Below, in pieces: positions 26,954-38,191 of a stretch of 64,000 nucleotides of DNA (the stretch's first letter is position 1; each line of letters opens with the position of its first letter). Source of the stretch: a virus. Its lineage: Duplodnaviria > Caudoviricetes. A model generated the notes under the pieces. It saw nothing but the letters and a program-made list of their open reading frames with translations. It was not told the origin of the DNA and ran no database searches. Location of the stretch: IMG/VR virus record IMGVR_UViG_3300028048_000039, positions 192,001 through 256,000 of that record; one strand, given 5' to 3'. The translations under genes and the position numbers were made by a program.

Positions 26954-29398
26954 ATGTGGGTATTAAATGAATCAACGAGAGATAACTTGTTAATTCCATA
27001 TGTAGAATTATATAATAGCAAGGTAGAAAAGCCTGAGGAAAAGACAAATGTTTCGCAGATGAAACAGTTCTTATTGAAGAAATTCGTGAATGAAGCATCA
27101 ATGAGAAATCTCTCCCTTGAGTCAAATTATTATCTTGCTGGTGTTGCGAGATACTATTTCAATGGCGACCTTACAAAGAATAAGGTTCTTAATATCTTTG
27201 ATAATAGTATTACAGATGAGTTTATTGAAGAAATATGCCAGAGGCTTAATGCTCTCATATTAGTATTAAGGAACGCCTATATTGATACCATCGGAACTGA
27301 ATTTCCACAACCAGAAGATTTCGGAACATTGTCAATTAAGAAACTTCTTAGGAAATATAACAAGGCAATTAACGCAGAGCTTGGCGAGGAAGAAAAGAAA
27401 AACGGTGAGGAAGAGGAGGAGAATAAGCTAGATACAAGTGATAGGGTTGGAAATGGTTATAGCTTTGACATTCTCTATTCATTTAATGACGCAACAAGAT
27501 ATAATAAAGCCACCGAGCCAGGCGCTTGGTGTATTACTTACGGTTCAGGACACTTTGAATACTACACTAGAAACTTGGATGGCCACTTTGTAGTCTTTAA
27601 GAAAGATGGCTATGAAAGAGTTAAGAGAAAGAAAGGCGAGGGTTTTCCTCGTGATGAGTACGGTAGTTCACTCATCGCATATCTCCAAAGTAATACCGGA
27701 ATAGCACCAAAACAAATCACTTCGAGATGGAACCATGGGGCTGGTGACGTTGATTGTCGTGAAGGTGACCATGCATTTAATAAAGAACAATTCCAACAAA
27801 TTACAGGGGTTTCAGATGCAGACCTCAAGAGAATCTTTGAGATTTGGAGAGCAAATACCAACGAAAAATTAAAGAGAGATGCATTGACCAGGAAGGAGAA
27901 AAACCTTGAAATGAAGAAGGTAACAAGAATTCTTAAGTATGCCCAAATGTTGCTTAATGAAGGAATGTCTATTGAGGAGGCATTTAAGGAATTTGCAAAG
28001 GATAAACATAAGAATGTCGAAGACATATTAAATACGACAATGTTAACGAACTCTGATAGAGCTAGCGACCCTAATACAACACCAAAGGCATTAAGAAAGT
28101 TAATGAGAAATTCGGTCATTGGTGTAGCATTAAATGTATCAGAAGGCGTTGATTATTCATTCTTAATTGACAGGAATAAGATTATATTTGAAAGCGTTGT
28201 CGAAGGGAAAAATTCATTCAATACATATGACGGGTTATCGTTAATTGAATTTTCTAGGGAGATAGGTGGTAGAATGCAATATACCTTCTATGATACAATA
28301 AATCATAAGATATTGAACATTGACGGAGTAACTAAGTTTAAAGTTGCAAGATTTAATTCTAACTCCACAAATAACAGTGCGTCTAGAATATTATGTATAG
28401 GAGAAAACAACGTAAAATGGGCCGCAATTGATGCTGAGACAAATAAACCGATAACACTTCCAAATGGACGGGTATGGTCCGAATGTATTAAGGAAAATGG
28501 TGATAAGATGTATTATAGGTCAACTAGATATGGTACAGAAACAATAAAAAGAGATACTTCTATAATTACATTTACCTATGATAGTTCTGCTCGTATTTTC
28601 TACACTTATGACGTTAAGAGTAAGAAGTTCATTGATATTCCAGATGGCTGGAATGTGTATCAATATCAGCCTCGTTGTTTTGGTCTTGTTATGCTAACTG
28701 ACGCCAGTTGGCAATTTAGCGAGATTATGTTCTATGAAAATGGTGAGAGGAGTAAGATACTCCCAGGGATTTATGCGGCTAGAGATAAGCTGATATACAA
28801 TTATTATTCAGCATTCCAAGTTAAAAATTATATAGCACTTGAGGATAGTGAAACCCGTGAATGCTTTATCTTTAATACGGAGACAAAGGAAAAGACTGAG
28901 ATACCATTTGTGGGTGGGTGTAATAAATATGAAATTGAAAGCGAGAAAATTTGTCGTAGTAGTGGCGTACTTAAATATCCGCATAGTAATGGCATTGGTT
29001 TCATCCTTTTCAAAAGAGTTAATAATAATCAGTACGGAATGAGAGATTGTCCAATACTGTTTTTCTCAACGGCTGCTGGGCGTTTCTTAAAAAACCCACT
29101 TGATAATTCATTATCATTTGCTACTCTCAGACAAAGTTATTGCTGGGGGGAAGAAGAATTACGACAAGTGTTGGAAAATTGTAGCTTTTTATACAATCCT
29201 TATGATGATATCTTTTACCTCAACAAAAAGCCATACAGACTTAATGTAGATGGTAGTGAGCTTGTTCCTCTTTACGCAAGGGAGGAGGCCCAGTCCGCAG
29301 CAGTAAATGAAATGAGAGTTAAAATTACCGAAACCGATATCAATAAGATGGTAACGGAGAGTGTTAAGAGAATAATTAGAAAACGATTATTAAAGTAA
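26954..29398 (+). CDS. Putative internal virion protein, paralog 2 of 3
   Basis: Highly similar N-terminal ~300 aa to its neighbours, divergent C-terminal half. Confidence 0.85.
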   Translation: MWVLNESTRDNLLIPYVELYNSKVEKPEEKTNVSQMKQFLLKKFVNEASMRNLSLESNYYLAGVARYYFNGDLTKNKVLNIFDNSITDEFIEEICQRLNALILVLRNAYIDTIGTEFPQPEDFGTLSIKKLLRKYNKAINAELGEEEKKNGEEEEENKLDTSDRVGNGYSFDILYSFNDATRYNKATEPGAWCITYGSGHFEYYTRNLDGHFVVFKKDGYERVKRKKGEGFPRDEYGSSLIAYLQSNTGIAPKQITSRWNHGAGDVDCREGDHAFNKEQFQQITGVSDADLKRIFEIWRANTNEKLKRDALTRKEKNLEMKKVTRILKYAQMLLNEGMSIEEAFKEFAKDKHKNVEDILNTTMLTNSDRASDPNTTPKALRKLMRNSVIGVALNVSEGVDYSFLIDRNKIIFESVVEGKNSFNTYDGLSLIEFSREIGGRMQYTFYDTINHKILNIDGVTKFKVARFNSNSTNNSASRILCIGENNVKWAAIDAETNKPITLPNGRVWSECIKENGDKMYYRSTRYGTETIKRDTSIITFTYDSSARIFYTYDVKSKKFIDIPDGWNVYQYQPRCFGLVMLTDASWQFSEIMFYENGERSKILPGIYAARDKLIYNYYSAFQVKNYIALEDSETRECFIFNTETKEKTEIPFVGGCNKYEIESEKICRSSGVLKYPHSNGIGFILFKRVNNNQYGMRDCPILFFSTAAGRFLKNPLDNSLSFATLRQSYCWGEEELRQVLENCSFLYNPYDDIFYLNKKPYRLNVDGSELVPLYAREEAQSAAVNEMRVKITETDINKMVTESVKRIIRKRLLK

Positions 29399-29399
29399 T

Positions 29400-31856
29400 A
29401 TGTGGTTAAACGAATCAAGTAGAGACAACTTACTTCAACCTTATGTAGATTTATACAATTCAAGGGTTGGGGCACCTGAGGAGAAGGCAACAGTATCGCA
29501 AATGAAACAGTTCTTGCTGAGGAAGTTTGTGAATGAGGCTTATATCAGGAACTTATCAATGGAATCAAATTATTATCTTGCTGGTGTGGCGAGGTATTAC
29601 TTCAATGGTGACCTTACAACGAACAAAGTCCTTAACGTCTTTGATAAGAATGTAACCGATGAATTCATCCAAGAAATATGTCAAAGACTTAATGCATTGA
29701 TACTTGTGTTAAGGAATGCTTATATTGATACGGTAGGTACACAATTTGAACAACCAGAAGACTTTGGGACATTGTCGATTAAGAAACTTCTTAGGAAATA
29801 TAACAAGGCAATTAATGCTGAATTGGGGGTAGAGGAGAAACCGAAGGAAGAAAAACCAAAGGAAGAACTCAATAGAGATGATAGGGTTGGAAATGGTTAT
29901 ACGTTTGATATTCTCTACTCATTTGAAGATGCAAGAAAATACAATAAATATACAGAGCCAGGTGCTTGGTGTATCACTTATGGCCAACAGCATTATGATG
30001 GTTATGTAAAGAGACTCGGTATCCATTACGTCATCTTCCGTAAGGACGGGTATGAAAGCCTTGATAGGAAGAAAGGACAGGATTTTCCACGTGATGAATA
30101 TGGTAGTTCACTCATTGCGCTCCTCCAAAGTAATAGAACAGGAAATCCAACTTACATAACATCAAGATGGAATCATGGTGCTAATGATTGTGGTTGGTGT
30201 GAAGCCGACCATGCGTTTACTAAGGAACAATTCATGGCAAAGACTGGGGTAACAGACGAAGACCTTCAAAGGATTTTCAAGATTTGGAAGACTGATACCG
30301 ACCAGAGAAGCGAAAGGGACATGATAAGTCGTAAGGAGCGTAATGCTGAGGTTAAAAAGGTGACAAGAATTCTTAAGTATGTTCAGATGCTTATGAATGA
30401 GGGTAACTTTGAAACTCAGTTTGGCGATTATGCTGACGGAAAACAGGAAGTTCTCTTAACGAACAGGGAAAGATATAACCAGCTTAGGGACACTGATGAA
30501 AACGGAAGTAACAAGAAGGCGATGAAGAAAGTATGGAAAAATTCGCTTGTTGGCGTCAGTCTTAAGATAAGTGATGGTGTATATTATGCTTTCCTAATTG
30601 ATAGGGGAAAGGTAATTTTCAATTCAATGGTAGATAATAGTAATTCAGTTAATAATATTTTTATAAATGTTGGAAATTTAAATATTGTAGCCATCAGGTG
30701 CGGAGAAAAGAATATGTATTATGACTTGGTGCATCATAAGATAATTGATATTGATGGCGTTACTAAGTTTAAACACATTTCAAACACGTCAAGACGAGAT
30801 GATTATCATGATACGAGATTAGGTTTACAAGCAACTCAAGAGGTACCATATTACCTGCTTGGCGATAAACTTAATAAGTGGGCCATGCTTGATGCTAAGA
30901 CTAACGATGTCATTGTCCTACCTAACGGTTCTTCGTGGGCCGAGGATATTCAACCATATGGAAATAGACGTTATAGTACAAGGGATAAACTTTTTGCAAT
31001 AGATGATGGTGATAACGTCATAAGATTTGTCTATGATAGTGCTTCTGGCGAGGAATATTATTATGAAAGAGACCTTAAAAAATTCATTGATATCCCTGAT
31101 GGTTGGATACTTAACCCAAGTGGTATTGGAAGAGTAAATGGGGTTTATACGTTAATACGTAGGCATCCTGATTATGGTTATTATTATACCGGAGCTACTG
31201 CCATTGAAATGAAGTTTTATAAAAACGGTGAACCTTATCAAGCACTTCCTGGCATTTATGATGGAATGATTAAATATAGTTATTACTGGGATAATGAAAG
31301 TGACCCATCTAGCAAATTTTTACTTATTAAAGAATATAATAGCCATGTTGCCTTTATGTTTGATTTTAATACTGAAGAAAAAATTCCACTACCAGAAGGT
31401 ACGTTAAGCAGTAATGACGTTTATATTTCTTCAATTCGTGTTCAAGAAGATGCAAAAGACGAAGCTTTGAGGGATAACTTACTTATCATTGCAATGAATA
31501 GGAGTTATAATAGATATAATGGCAGCAAAAACAGAAGTCTTCTCTTCTCCGTTAAGAATAAAAAATTCTTGATAAACCCTTATAATAATCAGTATATATT
31601 CAAGAATTTTATTACATCTTGGGGTAACCAGTGGCAGGTCAGCTCATACGATAAATTTGTATACTTTACAAGTGTAGAAAATTTCAAATGTGAAGGTCAC
31701 ACTTATTTCTTAGATAGTTCTGGTGAATTTAAGCGTGGTGACGTTGAATTAAAGAGAAATGAAGTAAATGAAATAAGGAAGGTTAATATTACAGAAAGGG
31801 ATATCAAGAAGATGGTTTCTGAATGCATTAAGAATGTCCTCTTGGAAATAATTTAA
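29400..31856 (+). CDS. Putative internal virion protein, paralog 3 of 3
   Basis: Same architecture as paralogs 1 and 2. Confidence 0.85.
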   Translation: MWLNESSRDNLLQPYVDLYNSRVGAPEEKATVSQMKQFLLRKFVNEAYIRNLSMESNYYLAGVARYYFNGDLTTNKVLNVFDKNVTDEFIQEICQRLNALILVLRNAYIDTVGTQFEQPEDFGTLSIKKLLRKYNKAINAELGVEEKPKEEKPKEELNRDDRVGNGYTFDILYSFEDARKYNKYTEPGAWCITYGQQHYDGYVKRLGIHYVIFRKDGYESLDRKKGQDFPRDEYGSSLIALLQSNRTGNPTYITSRWNHGANDCGWCEADHAFTKEQFMAKTGVTDEDLQRIFKIWKTDTDQRSERDMISRKERNAEVKKVTRILKYVQMLMNEGNFETQFGDYADGKQEVLLTNRERYNQLRDTDENGSNKKAMKKVWKNSLVGVSLKISDGVYYAFLIDRGKVIFNSMVDNSNSVNNIFINVGNLNIVAIRCGEKNMYYDLVHHKIIDIDGVTKFKHISNTSRRDDYHDTRLGLQATQEVPYYLLGDKLNKWAMLDAKTNDVIVLPNGSSWAEDIQPYGNRRYSTRDKLFAIDDGDNVIRFVYDSASGEEYYYERDLKKFIDIPDGWILNPSGIGRVNGVYTLIRRHPDYGYYYTGATAIEMKFYKNGEPYQALPGIYDGMIKYSYYWDNESDPSSKFLLIKEYNSHVAFMFDFNTEEKIPLPEGTLSSNDVYISSIRVQEDAKDEALRDNLLIIAMNRSYNRYNGSKNRSLLFSVKNKKFLINPYNNQYIFKNFITSWGNQWQVSSYDKFVYFTSVENFKCEGHTYFLDSSGEFKRGDVELKRNEVNEIRKVNITERDIKKMVSECIKNVLLEII

Positions 31857-31932
31857 TGAATATTTTGTTTTCTCAAATAAATTTTATATATTTACTCTAG
31901 AAGTTTAATTAAAATTTTGGAGGAAATAATTT

Positions 31933-32367
31933 ATGTGTTTGTATTCAAAGAAAAGAAAGAAGCTGATTGCTGAGGAAGACATACATTGTTGCAAGGTCCT
32001 TATCATTAATCTTAATGAAGGGAAATGCCGTTTCTTAACTCCATATATGAAAAATGAAGTGGAAAGTGGTGTAGTTTATGGTTCAGAAAAAACAAAGGAA
32101 ACCTGGGGAGAAACATACCTAGCTGAAGATGGCTCTCTATATTATACAGTTGGAAAGGGTTTTCACCATTCTTTCAAGAACCGTAGTGATGCGGAAAAGC
32201 AATGGGTATTTTCTAAGCGAATAGCTATCGTTGACGCCTATATTCCAAAGGGAAGTGAATACTTCGTTGGTTCTTCTGGACCCGGTAAGGATGAAGTGGT
32301 CTATGCATCAAGTGCAATTAGATACGACTTTGACAAGGATAAAATTCTTGCAGGAATAGATAAGTAA
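31933..32367 (+). CDS. Hypothetical phage protein (GFHHSF...IPKGSEY)
   Basis: 144-aa ORF; bidirectional terminator at about 32377-32400. Confidence 0.8.
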   Translation: MCLYSKKRKKLIAEEDIHCCKVLIINLNEGKCRFLTPYMKNEVESGVVYGSEKTKETWGETYLAEDGSLYYTVGKGFHHSFKNRSDAEKQWVFSKRIAIVDAYIPKGSEYFVGSSGPGKDEVVYASSAIRYDFDKDKILAGIDK

Positions 32368-32435
32368 AAAAAAAAGAACCCAGACTAATAATCTGGGTTT
32401 TTTTATTTCCTCTTAAACAGTTGTTTAAACACCAT

Positions 32436-32582
32436 TCACTCTATAATCATCTTGTACATATCCCAAATTTTCTCCTTCCATTCATCAGACAAGTCATCAG
32501 TCTCAAGATATTCTTGACACTCTTCAAGCTCTTTCTTAATAGCTTCAGCCATTTGATATAAAACCTTTGTTTTTTCGTCCAT
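32436..32582 (-). CDS. Small hypothetical protein
   Basis: Likely start MDEKTK at 32582, avoiding overlap with the upstream gene. Confidence 0.55.
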   Translation of the reverse strand: MDEKTKVLYQMAEAIKKELEECQEYLETDDLSDEWKEKIWDMYKMIIE

Positions 32583-32610
32583 GATACCAGTACCCCCTTC
32601 TTTTCTCTTA

Positions 32611-32847
32611 TTAGAAATCGCCATCTTCGTCATTAAAAGATTTATCCTTGAATTGGTTGATGCGCCCATCAGCATACTCTTTCATTGCGCTGATAATTGT
32701 TACTGGTTGGAATGTAAGACCAACCATTAGACCATAGAATGCGTCAAGAAATTCTTCCATCGTGCAATCTGGATTGTCCGACTCCCAAGTGTAAGTGTGC
32801 CCATACATGCTAGCTGACATTTTGCAGTTTTCTTCGTATCTACCCAT
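32611..32847 (-). CDS. Small hypothetical protein
   Basis: Likely start MGRYEE at 32847. Confidence 0.65.
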   Translation of the reverse strand: MGRYEENCKMSASMYGHTYTWESDNPDCTMEEFLDAFYGLMVGLTFQPVTIISAMKEYADGRINQFKDKSFNDEDGDF

Positions 32848-32909
32848 AATTCGTTGCTGTTTTTCTTCTCTTCTTATTTTTATAAAAAATATAAATTTTT
32901 TTCTTATTT

Positions 32910-35063
32910 TCAAAATAAATCTTCATTTAAAAGCCATTCTTTCAGCATAGTATTTCTCTTACTGTAAGAAGTGTCGGCGACAGCCTGTTGTAGTGCCCTC
33001 TTATCCCCAACAATTATGCAAATGTCCTTTGCTCTTGTTATTGCTGTGTAGATTAGGTTTCGTTTCAACATGATTGAAAAGCTCCTCAAGAGCGGAATTA
33101 CCACTATTGGGTACTCAGAACCCTGTGACTTATGCACCGTGCTTGCATATGCGAGAATTACTTCATCCATATCAGCAATTTCATAGACGACCTTGTTCCC
33201 ATAGTAATCAACAACCATAATTTTTTCATCTGGGTCTAGGTCGACTATATAACCCATATCACCATTAAAAATTTCCTTATCATAGTTGTTCTTAATCTGC
33301 ATAACCTTGTCACCAAGTCTAAATGTAGTATTACCGTATTGTATTTCAAGCGTGTTCTTGTTAAGTTTTTCCTGAAGTATTCTACTAAGTTCATTTGCAC
33401 AACAAGATACGTTTCTCCTCCTCGGAGAAATAACCTGTATATCCGTTGGTTTAATGCCATAAGCCTTTGGTAGTCTGTCAGTTACCAATTTTCCAATTGT
33501 TTCTTCGACCATCAATGGGTCCCTCTGTTCAATGAAAAAGAAGTCATTATCCTTCTTGCTATTATCAAAGACAAGTGGTTTATTGTTTATCATGTTATGG
33601 GCATTCCTTATAATATAACTACCCTCAGCCTGGCGGAATATCTCAGTCAATGTAGTAACGTGTATTGTTCCAGACTCAATTACATCATGCAAGATGTTTC
33701 CTGGGCCAATTGCTGGTAACTGGTTTTCGTCGCCAACCAAGATAAGTTTTGCCGATGGTCTCACAGCCTTGAGAAGCGAACTCATAAGGAGAACATTTAC
33801 CATTGATATTTCATCAATAATTACAACATCCTCCATTAGCGGATTGCTCTCATCCCTCGTAAAACCCTCTCCTGGTCTATATTCCAGTAATCTGTGTATT
33901 GTCTTCGCTGGTCTCCCGGTAACCTCTGACATCCTCTTTGCCGCCATTGCTGTTGGTGCGGCACATGCAATTGAAAGACCGATTAACCTCATGGCAGTAA
34001 TCATACCAAGCAGTGCAGTTGTCTTGCCAGTTCCTGGACCACCAGTTAATACGATGACATTCTTCGTTAAACTAGCCGTAATAGCTTCCCTTTGTCTATC
34101 ATTATACTTCACACCTAACTGTCTTTCAAGGTCCTCGATGGACACATTAAATAACGCACCATAAGAAGATGAAGAGTTTAATGTTTTCAACTTCCTTGCA
34201 ATCTGCTTCTCTGCATAATATAAGTTTTGTGAAAATACTTCTTCTCCAGTAAATGTCTTGAGTGAGCCTTCCGTCACGTGGTCATCAATTATACCACTGA
34301 TGTAGGTTTTTTCAACTTCGTGGTCCAACATTTCCCACGATGCGTCAAGCAACTGATTTTTATAAAGAAATGTATGCCCATCTTCGCCACTTTCAGTGAG
34401 AACAAAGTCAAGACAGGCACCAATTCTCTCAGGATTGTACTTATCAACGCCAAATTTAAGAGCCATGGCATCGGCTTTCTTGAAACCAATTCCATCGACT
34501 TCATAGCAGAGGCGATATGGATTTTCCTTTACCTTATCAATGACTTCTCCACCATAAACACGATACATTTTCATTATCATGGTAATGGAAATACCATGTA
34601 CGGAGAAAAATTCAACAATTCTCTGGATTTCCTTGTGTTCCTTTACACCGTTAATAAGTGCCTCAGCCTTCTTCTTGCCAACGCCCTTTATCTGAGTAAC
34701 CCTTTCAGGCTCATTTTCTATTATACTAAGTGCGTTCTCCCCAAGAGCGTCAACGATTTTCCTTGCAAACTTTTCGCCAATGCCCTTAAAGATACCACAG
34801 GACAGATATGCAATCACACCAGCCTTTCCCCTCGGCTCTGCCTCAGCATAACGCTCAACAACAAATTGAAGACCATATTTATCAGTATCTTTCCACTCGC
34901 CATCAATTTCAATGGTAATACCCCTTTTTGGGTTTAGAATTCCATTCCGAAAAACGGCAGTAAATTCTGTGTTAAGGTCATTATCCGTTGCTGCTATAAC
35001 TGCATATCCGCTTTCATCATTCTTGTAAATTACATTATCTATTGTACAATTAATCCTTATCAT
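32910..35063 (-). CDS. recD2: RecD2-like SF1B helicase
   Basis: N-terminal OB and HhH motifs (GIGEKFA, GVGKKKA, GIGFKKAD), GGPGTGKTT, DEISM, GDENQL, HKSQGSEY, YTAITRAK. Confidence 0.92.
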   Translation of the reverse strand: MIRINCTIDNVIYKNDESGYAVIAATDNDLNTEFTAVFRNGILNPKRGITIEIDGEWKDTDKYGLQFVVERYAEAEPRGKAGVIAYLSCGIFKGIGEKFARKIVDALGENALSIIENEPERVTQIKGVGKKKAEALINGVKEHKEIQRIVEFFSVHGISITMIMKMYRVYGGEVIDKVKENPYRLCYEVDGIGFKKADAMALKFGVDKYNPERIGACLDFVLTESGEDGHTFLYKNQLLDASWEMLDHEVEKTYISGIIDDHVTEGSLKTFTGEEVFSQNLYYAEKQIARKLKTLNSSSSYGALFNVSIEDLERQLGVKYNDRQREAITASLTKNVIVLTGGPGTGKTTALLGMITAMRLIGLSIACAAPTAMAAKRMSEVTGRPAKTIHRLLEYRPGEGFTRDESNPLMEDVVIIDEISMVNVLLMSSLLKAVRPSAKLILVGDENQLPAIGPGNILHDVIESGTIHVTTLTEIFRQAEGSYIIRNAHNMINNKPLVFDNSKKDNDFFFIEQRDPLMVEETIGKLVTDRLPKAYGIKPTDIQVISPRRRNVSCCANELSRILQEKLNKNTLEIQYGNTTFRLGDKVMQIKNNYDKEIFNGDMGYIVDLDPDEKIMVVDYYGNKVVYEIADMDEVILAYASTVHKSQGSEYPIVVIPLLRSFSIMLKRNLIYTAITRAKDICIIVGDKRALQQAVADTSYSKRNTMLKEWLLNEDLF

Positions 35064-35142
35064 ATAGCCTTTTTATGCCTTACAAATATACAAAATTTTT
35101 GTCACAATTCAAAATGAAACTATTTATAAAAAAATATGTTTT

Positions 35143-35958
35143 ATGAAACGTTTATTTGAAATAATTGCGAAATTCTTTAGAAAAATGTTTGGAAAAGAAG
35201 AAGAGGTCATTGTTAATGACCAGGAAGCCATAATTCCAGAAAATGAAGTAATTGAGGAAGAGGCTGAAGTTACCGAGACTGAGGGACCAGTAGATACTGG
35301 TGAAACTGAAAGTGTAGTGGCTGGAACTCCAGTTAGTACCGTGAAGATATTAATAGATAATGGCCATGGGTTTGATACCCCAGGCAAGAAGAGCCCTTAT
35401 TCATGTTATGGTGTTAAACCAGAACTTGCATTTGAGGAATGGGAATGGAATAGAGAGATTGCAAAACCGCTTGTTGAAAAGCTTGTTGCGTTAGGGTATA
35501 ATGCTGAGTTGCTTGTTCCTGAAAAGAATGATATATCACTTAGTGAACGTTCAAAGAGAGTAAATGACATCTGCCAGAAACTTGGAAGGGATAATGTCAT
35601 ACTTATTTCAATTCATGCTAATGCCGCCGGTAACGGTAAGGAGTGGATGAATGCAAAGGGATGGTCAGCATTTACAACCAAGGGAATAACTAAGAGTGAC
35701 AAACTTGCTAATTGCCTCTACTCTGCTGCTGAGGTATTTTTTAAGGATAGGAAGATTAGAGTGGATTACTCAGATGGTGACCCAGATTGGGAAGAAAACT
35801 TCTATATAATAAGGAAGACCTTGTGCCCAGCAGTTCTTACTGAGAATTTCTTCTATGACAATGTTGATGATGTGAAATACATACTTTCAGATGAAGGAAG
35901 AGAAGCGGTGATTAATACACACATTGACGGAATAATGAAGTATTTGGGTGACGTTTAA
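35143..35958 (+). CDS. N-acetylmuramoyl-L-alanine amidase (Amidase_3), probable endolysin
   Basis: IDNGHG, E..WN, SIHANA, PAVLTE motifs; acidic N-terminal extension; late motif. Confidence 0.9.
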   Translation: MKRLFEIIAKFFRKMFGKEEEVIVNDQEAIIPENEVIEEEAEVTETEGPVDTGETESVVAGTPVSTVKILIDNGHGFDTPGKKSPYSCYGVKPELAFEEWEWNREIAKPLVEKLVALGYNAELLVPEKNDISLSERSKRVNDICQKLGRDNVILISIHANAAGNGKEWMNAKGWSAFTTKGITKSDKLANCLYSAAEVFFKDRKIRVDYSDGDPDWEENFYIIRKTLCPAVLTENFFYDNVDDVKYILSDEGREAVINTHIDGIMKYLGDV

Positions 35959-36033
35959 AAAATTTTTATTTGACATAATGAAAAAAACCGCAAGAAGTTA
36001 ATTCCTGCGGTTTTCTTTTTGTTATTGATGAAA

Positions 36034-36399
36034 TTACTTTTTGTAATTTACGTCAATACGCTTTGGTGTTTTCTTTTCGGGTTTTTGTGGAACCCTGACG
36101 GTAAGCGTTTCACCATCCAACTCTGCCTCTACAGATGTCATATCAGCATCCTCAGGAAGTGTCTCGCTCGATGCAGCAGAAAACTTAGAGCCCTTGTCTG
36201 CATACTTGTAAGCCACCGTTACCACATTTCCTTCGACATCAACGTCGATGTCTTCTTTCTTTACTCTCTTGTCAAGAGTAACTTCAAATACATAAGCCCC
36301 GTCTTTCAACTCAAAACCATTGATATAAACCTCTGGCTTTGGGAATTCATACTTAAATGGGTCTACGAAATGAAAATAATCATCAATTAAATCAAACAT
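36034..36399 (-). CDS. Hsp20/alpha-crystallin small heat-shock protein
   Basis: KEDIDVDVEGNVVTV, LPEDAD...VEAELDGETLTVRVP, C-terminal I-x-V motif. Confidence 0.85.
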   Translation of the reverse strand: MFDLIDDYFHFVDPFKYEFPKPEVYINGFELKDGAYVFEVTLDKRVKKEDIDVDVEGNVVTVAYKYADKGSKFSAASSETLPEDADMTSVEAELDGETLTVRVPQKPEKKTPKRIDVNYKK

Positions 36400-36424
36400 A
36401 ACCTTAAATTTTTAAAAATTATTA

Positions 36425-36640
36425 TTAAATCCTTGCGATGATTCTGCCTTTAGAAAGGTCGTAAGGTGAAATTTCAATCTTAACATTATCCCCTTCAATG
36501 ATTTTTATCTTGTTCTTCCTCATTTTTCCGCAAATGACGCATAATATATTTGCACCATTTTTAATGTCTACCCTAAACATTGCGTTTGGTAGTGCTTGTG
36601 TTACTGTTCCTTCTGTTAAAATTAGCTCTTGTTTTGCCAT
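36425..36640 (-). CDS. infA: Translation initiation factor IF-1
   Basis: [20 protein letters not shown]...[26 protein letters not shown] is canonical IF-1. Confidence 0.95.
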   Translation of the reverse strand: MAKQELILTEGTVTQALPNAMFRVDIKNGANILCVICGKMRKNKIKIIEGDNVKIEISPYDLSKGRIIARI

Positions 36641-36641
36641 A

Positions 36642-37754
36642 TTAAATTATCGATTTTATTTTTGTTTCATAACTATCTTCTCCATAGTGGAAGATATCTG
36701 CAAGTGAAAGCGGCTTTGTGAGCTTAGCCTCAACACCTCTTTCCTTAAGTACCTTCTCGGCCTTCTCAATGCAAAGCGGACGGAACTCATACTTGGACAC
36801 TAACCTTCCCTTCCTTAGAAGCGCTGGGTCAATGGTTTTCATATCATCATTGAACGTACAAATGAACTTCATTGAGAGGTCATCGGAAAGAATGCCATCA
36901 GTCATATTCAAGAGCAATGATACTGATGATGCTCCCTCGTTAAGTTTCCTGTTCTTAATGATGTTCTCACAATCTTCGAGTACGATGATGTCATTGTTCA
37001 ATGATGTGAGGAACGAACCAAATGATGGGTCACCAAAAAGAGGTACAAGGTGTGCTGGAATATACACAAACTTCTTGTCACGATACTTGCTTACAAGGTG
37101 CTTAATATATGTGCTCTTTCCGGTACCCTTCTCTCCATGAAGTATCACGAGTCCACTTTTCTCGTCTTCCTCAAGGAACTTGCATATCTTTTCATCTTCC
37201 TTTTTAAAATCATCATTGTAAAGATTTTCAAGGACAAAGTTTTGTGGGCATTTAACCTTACCCTTATCAAGATAATAACCCCCTTGCGAACTACATACTC
37301 TCCAATAAACGTCTTTTGTACTTTCTGGCATGATGTAGAACTGAAGCATATCTTCAATAAACTTCTCAACATCTTCTATATTCTCGTTCCCGAAGAGCAC
37401 ATATGACTCACTTACTGACTTTTCAAAACGAGCATAAATGTTACTCTTCTTCAAGATAACACAGAAACCAATCTCAAGTTTATCCTCGTCCTTTCCGAGC
37501 ACCTTTGTAAAGTAAGGTATAAGTTCAAGTTCGTCCTTATACTCACTCTCATTCAAGAAGTTTAGCATTTTCTTTGTGTCAAAGATGTAATCTCCATTGG
37601 TCCTGGCCTCATAATCAAACATATAACATGACGGAAAGAAACCATTGTTGGTATAGAACAGGTTTTGTAATGAAAGCCCGTCAACCCTTCCGTAGGTATC
37701 AACTTTGTCATAAGGCATGCTTATGTTAGGTATGTTCTTAATCTCTTTACTCAT
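36642..37754 (-). CDS. AAA+ ATPase (BCS1-like)
   Basis: HGEKGTGKS Walker A, VLEDCE Walker [18 protein letters not shown] arginine finger. Confidence 0.88.
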   Translation of the reverse strand: MSKEIKNIPNISMPYDKVDTYGRVDGLSLQNLFYTNNGFFPSCYMFDYEARTNGDYIFDTKKMLNFLNESEYKDELELIPYFTKVLGKDEDKLEIGFCVILKKSNIYARFEKSVSESYVLFGNENIEDVEKFIEDMLQFYIMPESTKDVYWRVCSSQGGYYLDKGKVKCPQNFVLENLYNDDFKKEDEKICKFLEEDEKSGLVILHGEKGTGKSTYIKHLVSKYRDKKFVYIPAHLVPLFGDPSFGSFLTSLNNDIIVLEDCENIIKNRKLNEGASSVSLLLNMTDGILSDDLSMKFICTFNDDMKTIDPALLRKGRLVSKYEFRPLCIEKAEKVLKERGVEAKLTKPLSLADIFHYGEDSYETKIKSII

Positions 37755-37790
37755 ATTTTTTTCTCCAAATATATAAAAAATAAAACTATT

Positions 37791-38003
37791 TTACAAAAAA
37801 TTTTCAAATATAAAGTCACCAACATTCTCAATTTCCGGGAAATTCTGCTTCTTAAGCCGGTCTGTGCTGTTCTTTTGGTAGTTAATCTTACCCATATAAC
37901 TTGTCGAGGTATGGAACGACGTTGACTGCTTTGCTCCGTGATTAAACTGGTACATAACCCCTATTCCTGGCGACTCACTTGCTCTGTCTCTCTTTTTACT
38001 CAT
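37791..38003 (-). CDS. Small hypothetical protein
   Basis: Overlaps the upstream stop (coupled). Confidence 0.5.
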   Translation of the reverse strand: MSKKRDRASESPGIGVMYQFNHGAKQSTSFHTSTSYMGKINYQKNSTDRLKKQNFPEIENVGDFIFENFL

Positions 38004-38190
38004 AATCAAAAAATTCTATCACACTATCTAATAAACAATACATATAATTTTCATAGTCAGATATCATTGGTGGCTTATCTGAACCGAAATAATCCTTCAG
38101 GAAGTAACTAGGAAGCTTATCGTGAAATGTCCCGGTCCCTGGATTAAGAGAGGGCGCATCCGATTTATCTAACCAATTTTTCTTACTCAT
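37996..38190 (-). CDS. Small hypothetical protein
   Basis: Starts 1 nt after the upstream stop. Confidence 0.55.
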   Translation of the reverse strand: MSKKNWLDKSDAPSLNPGTGTFHDKLPSYFLKDYFGSDKPPMISDYENYMYCLLDSVIEFFDYE

Positions 38191-38191
38191 C

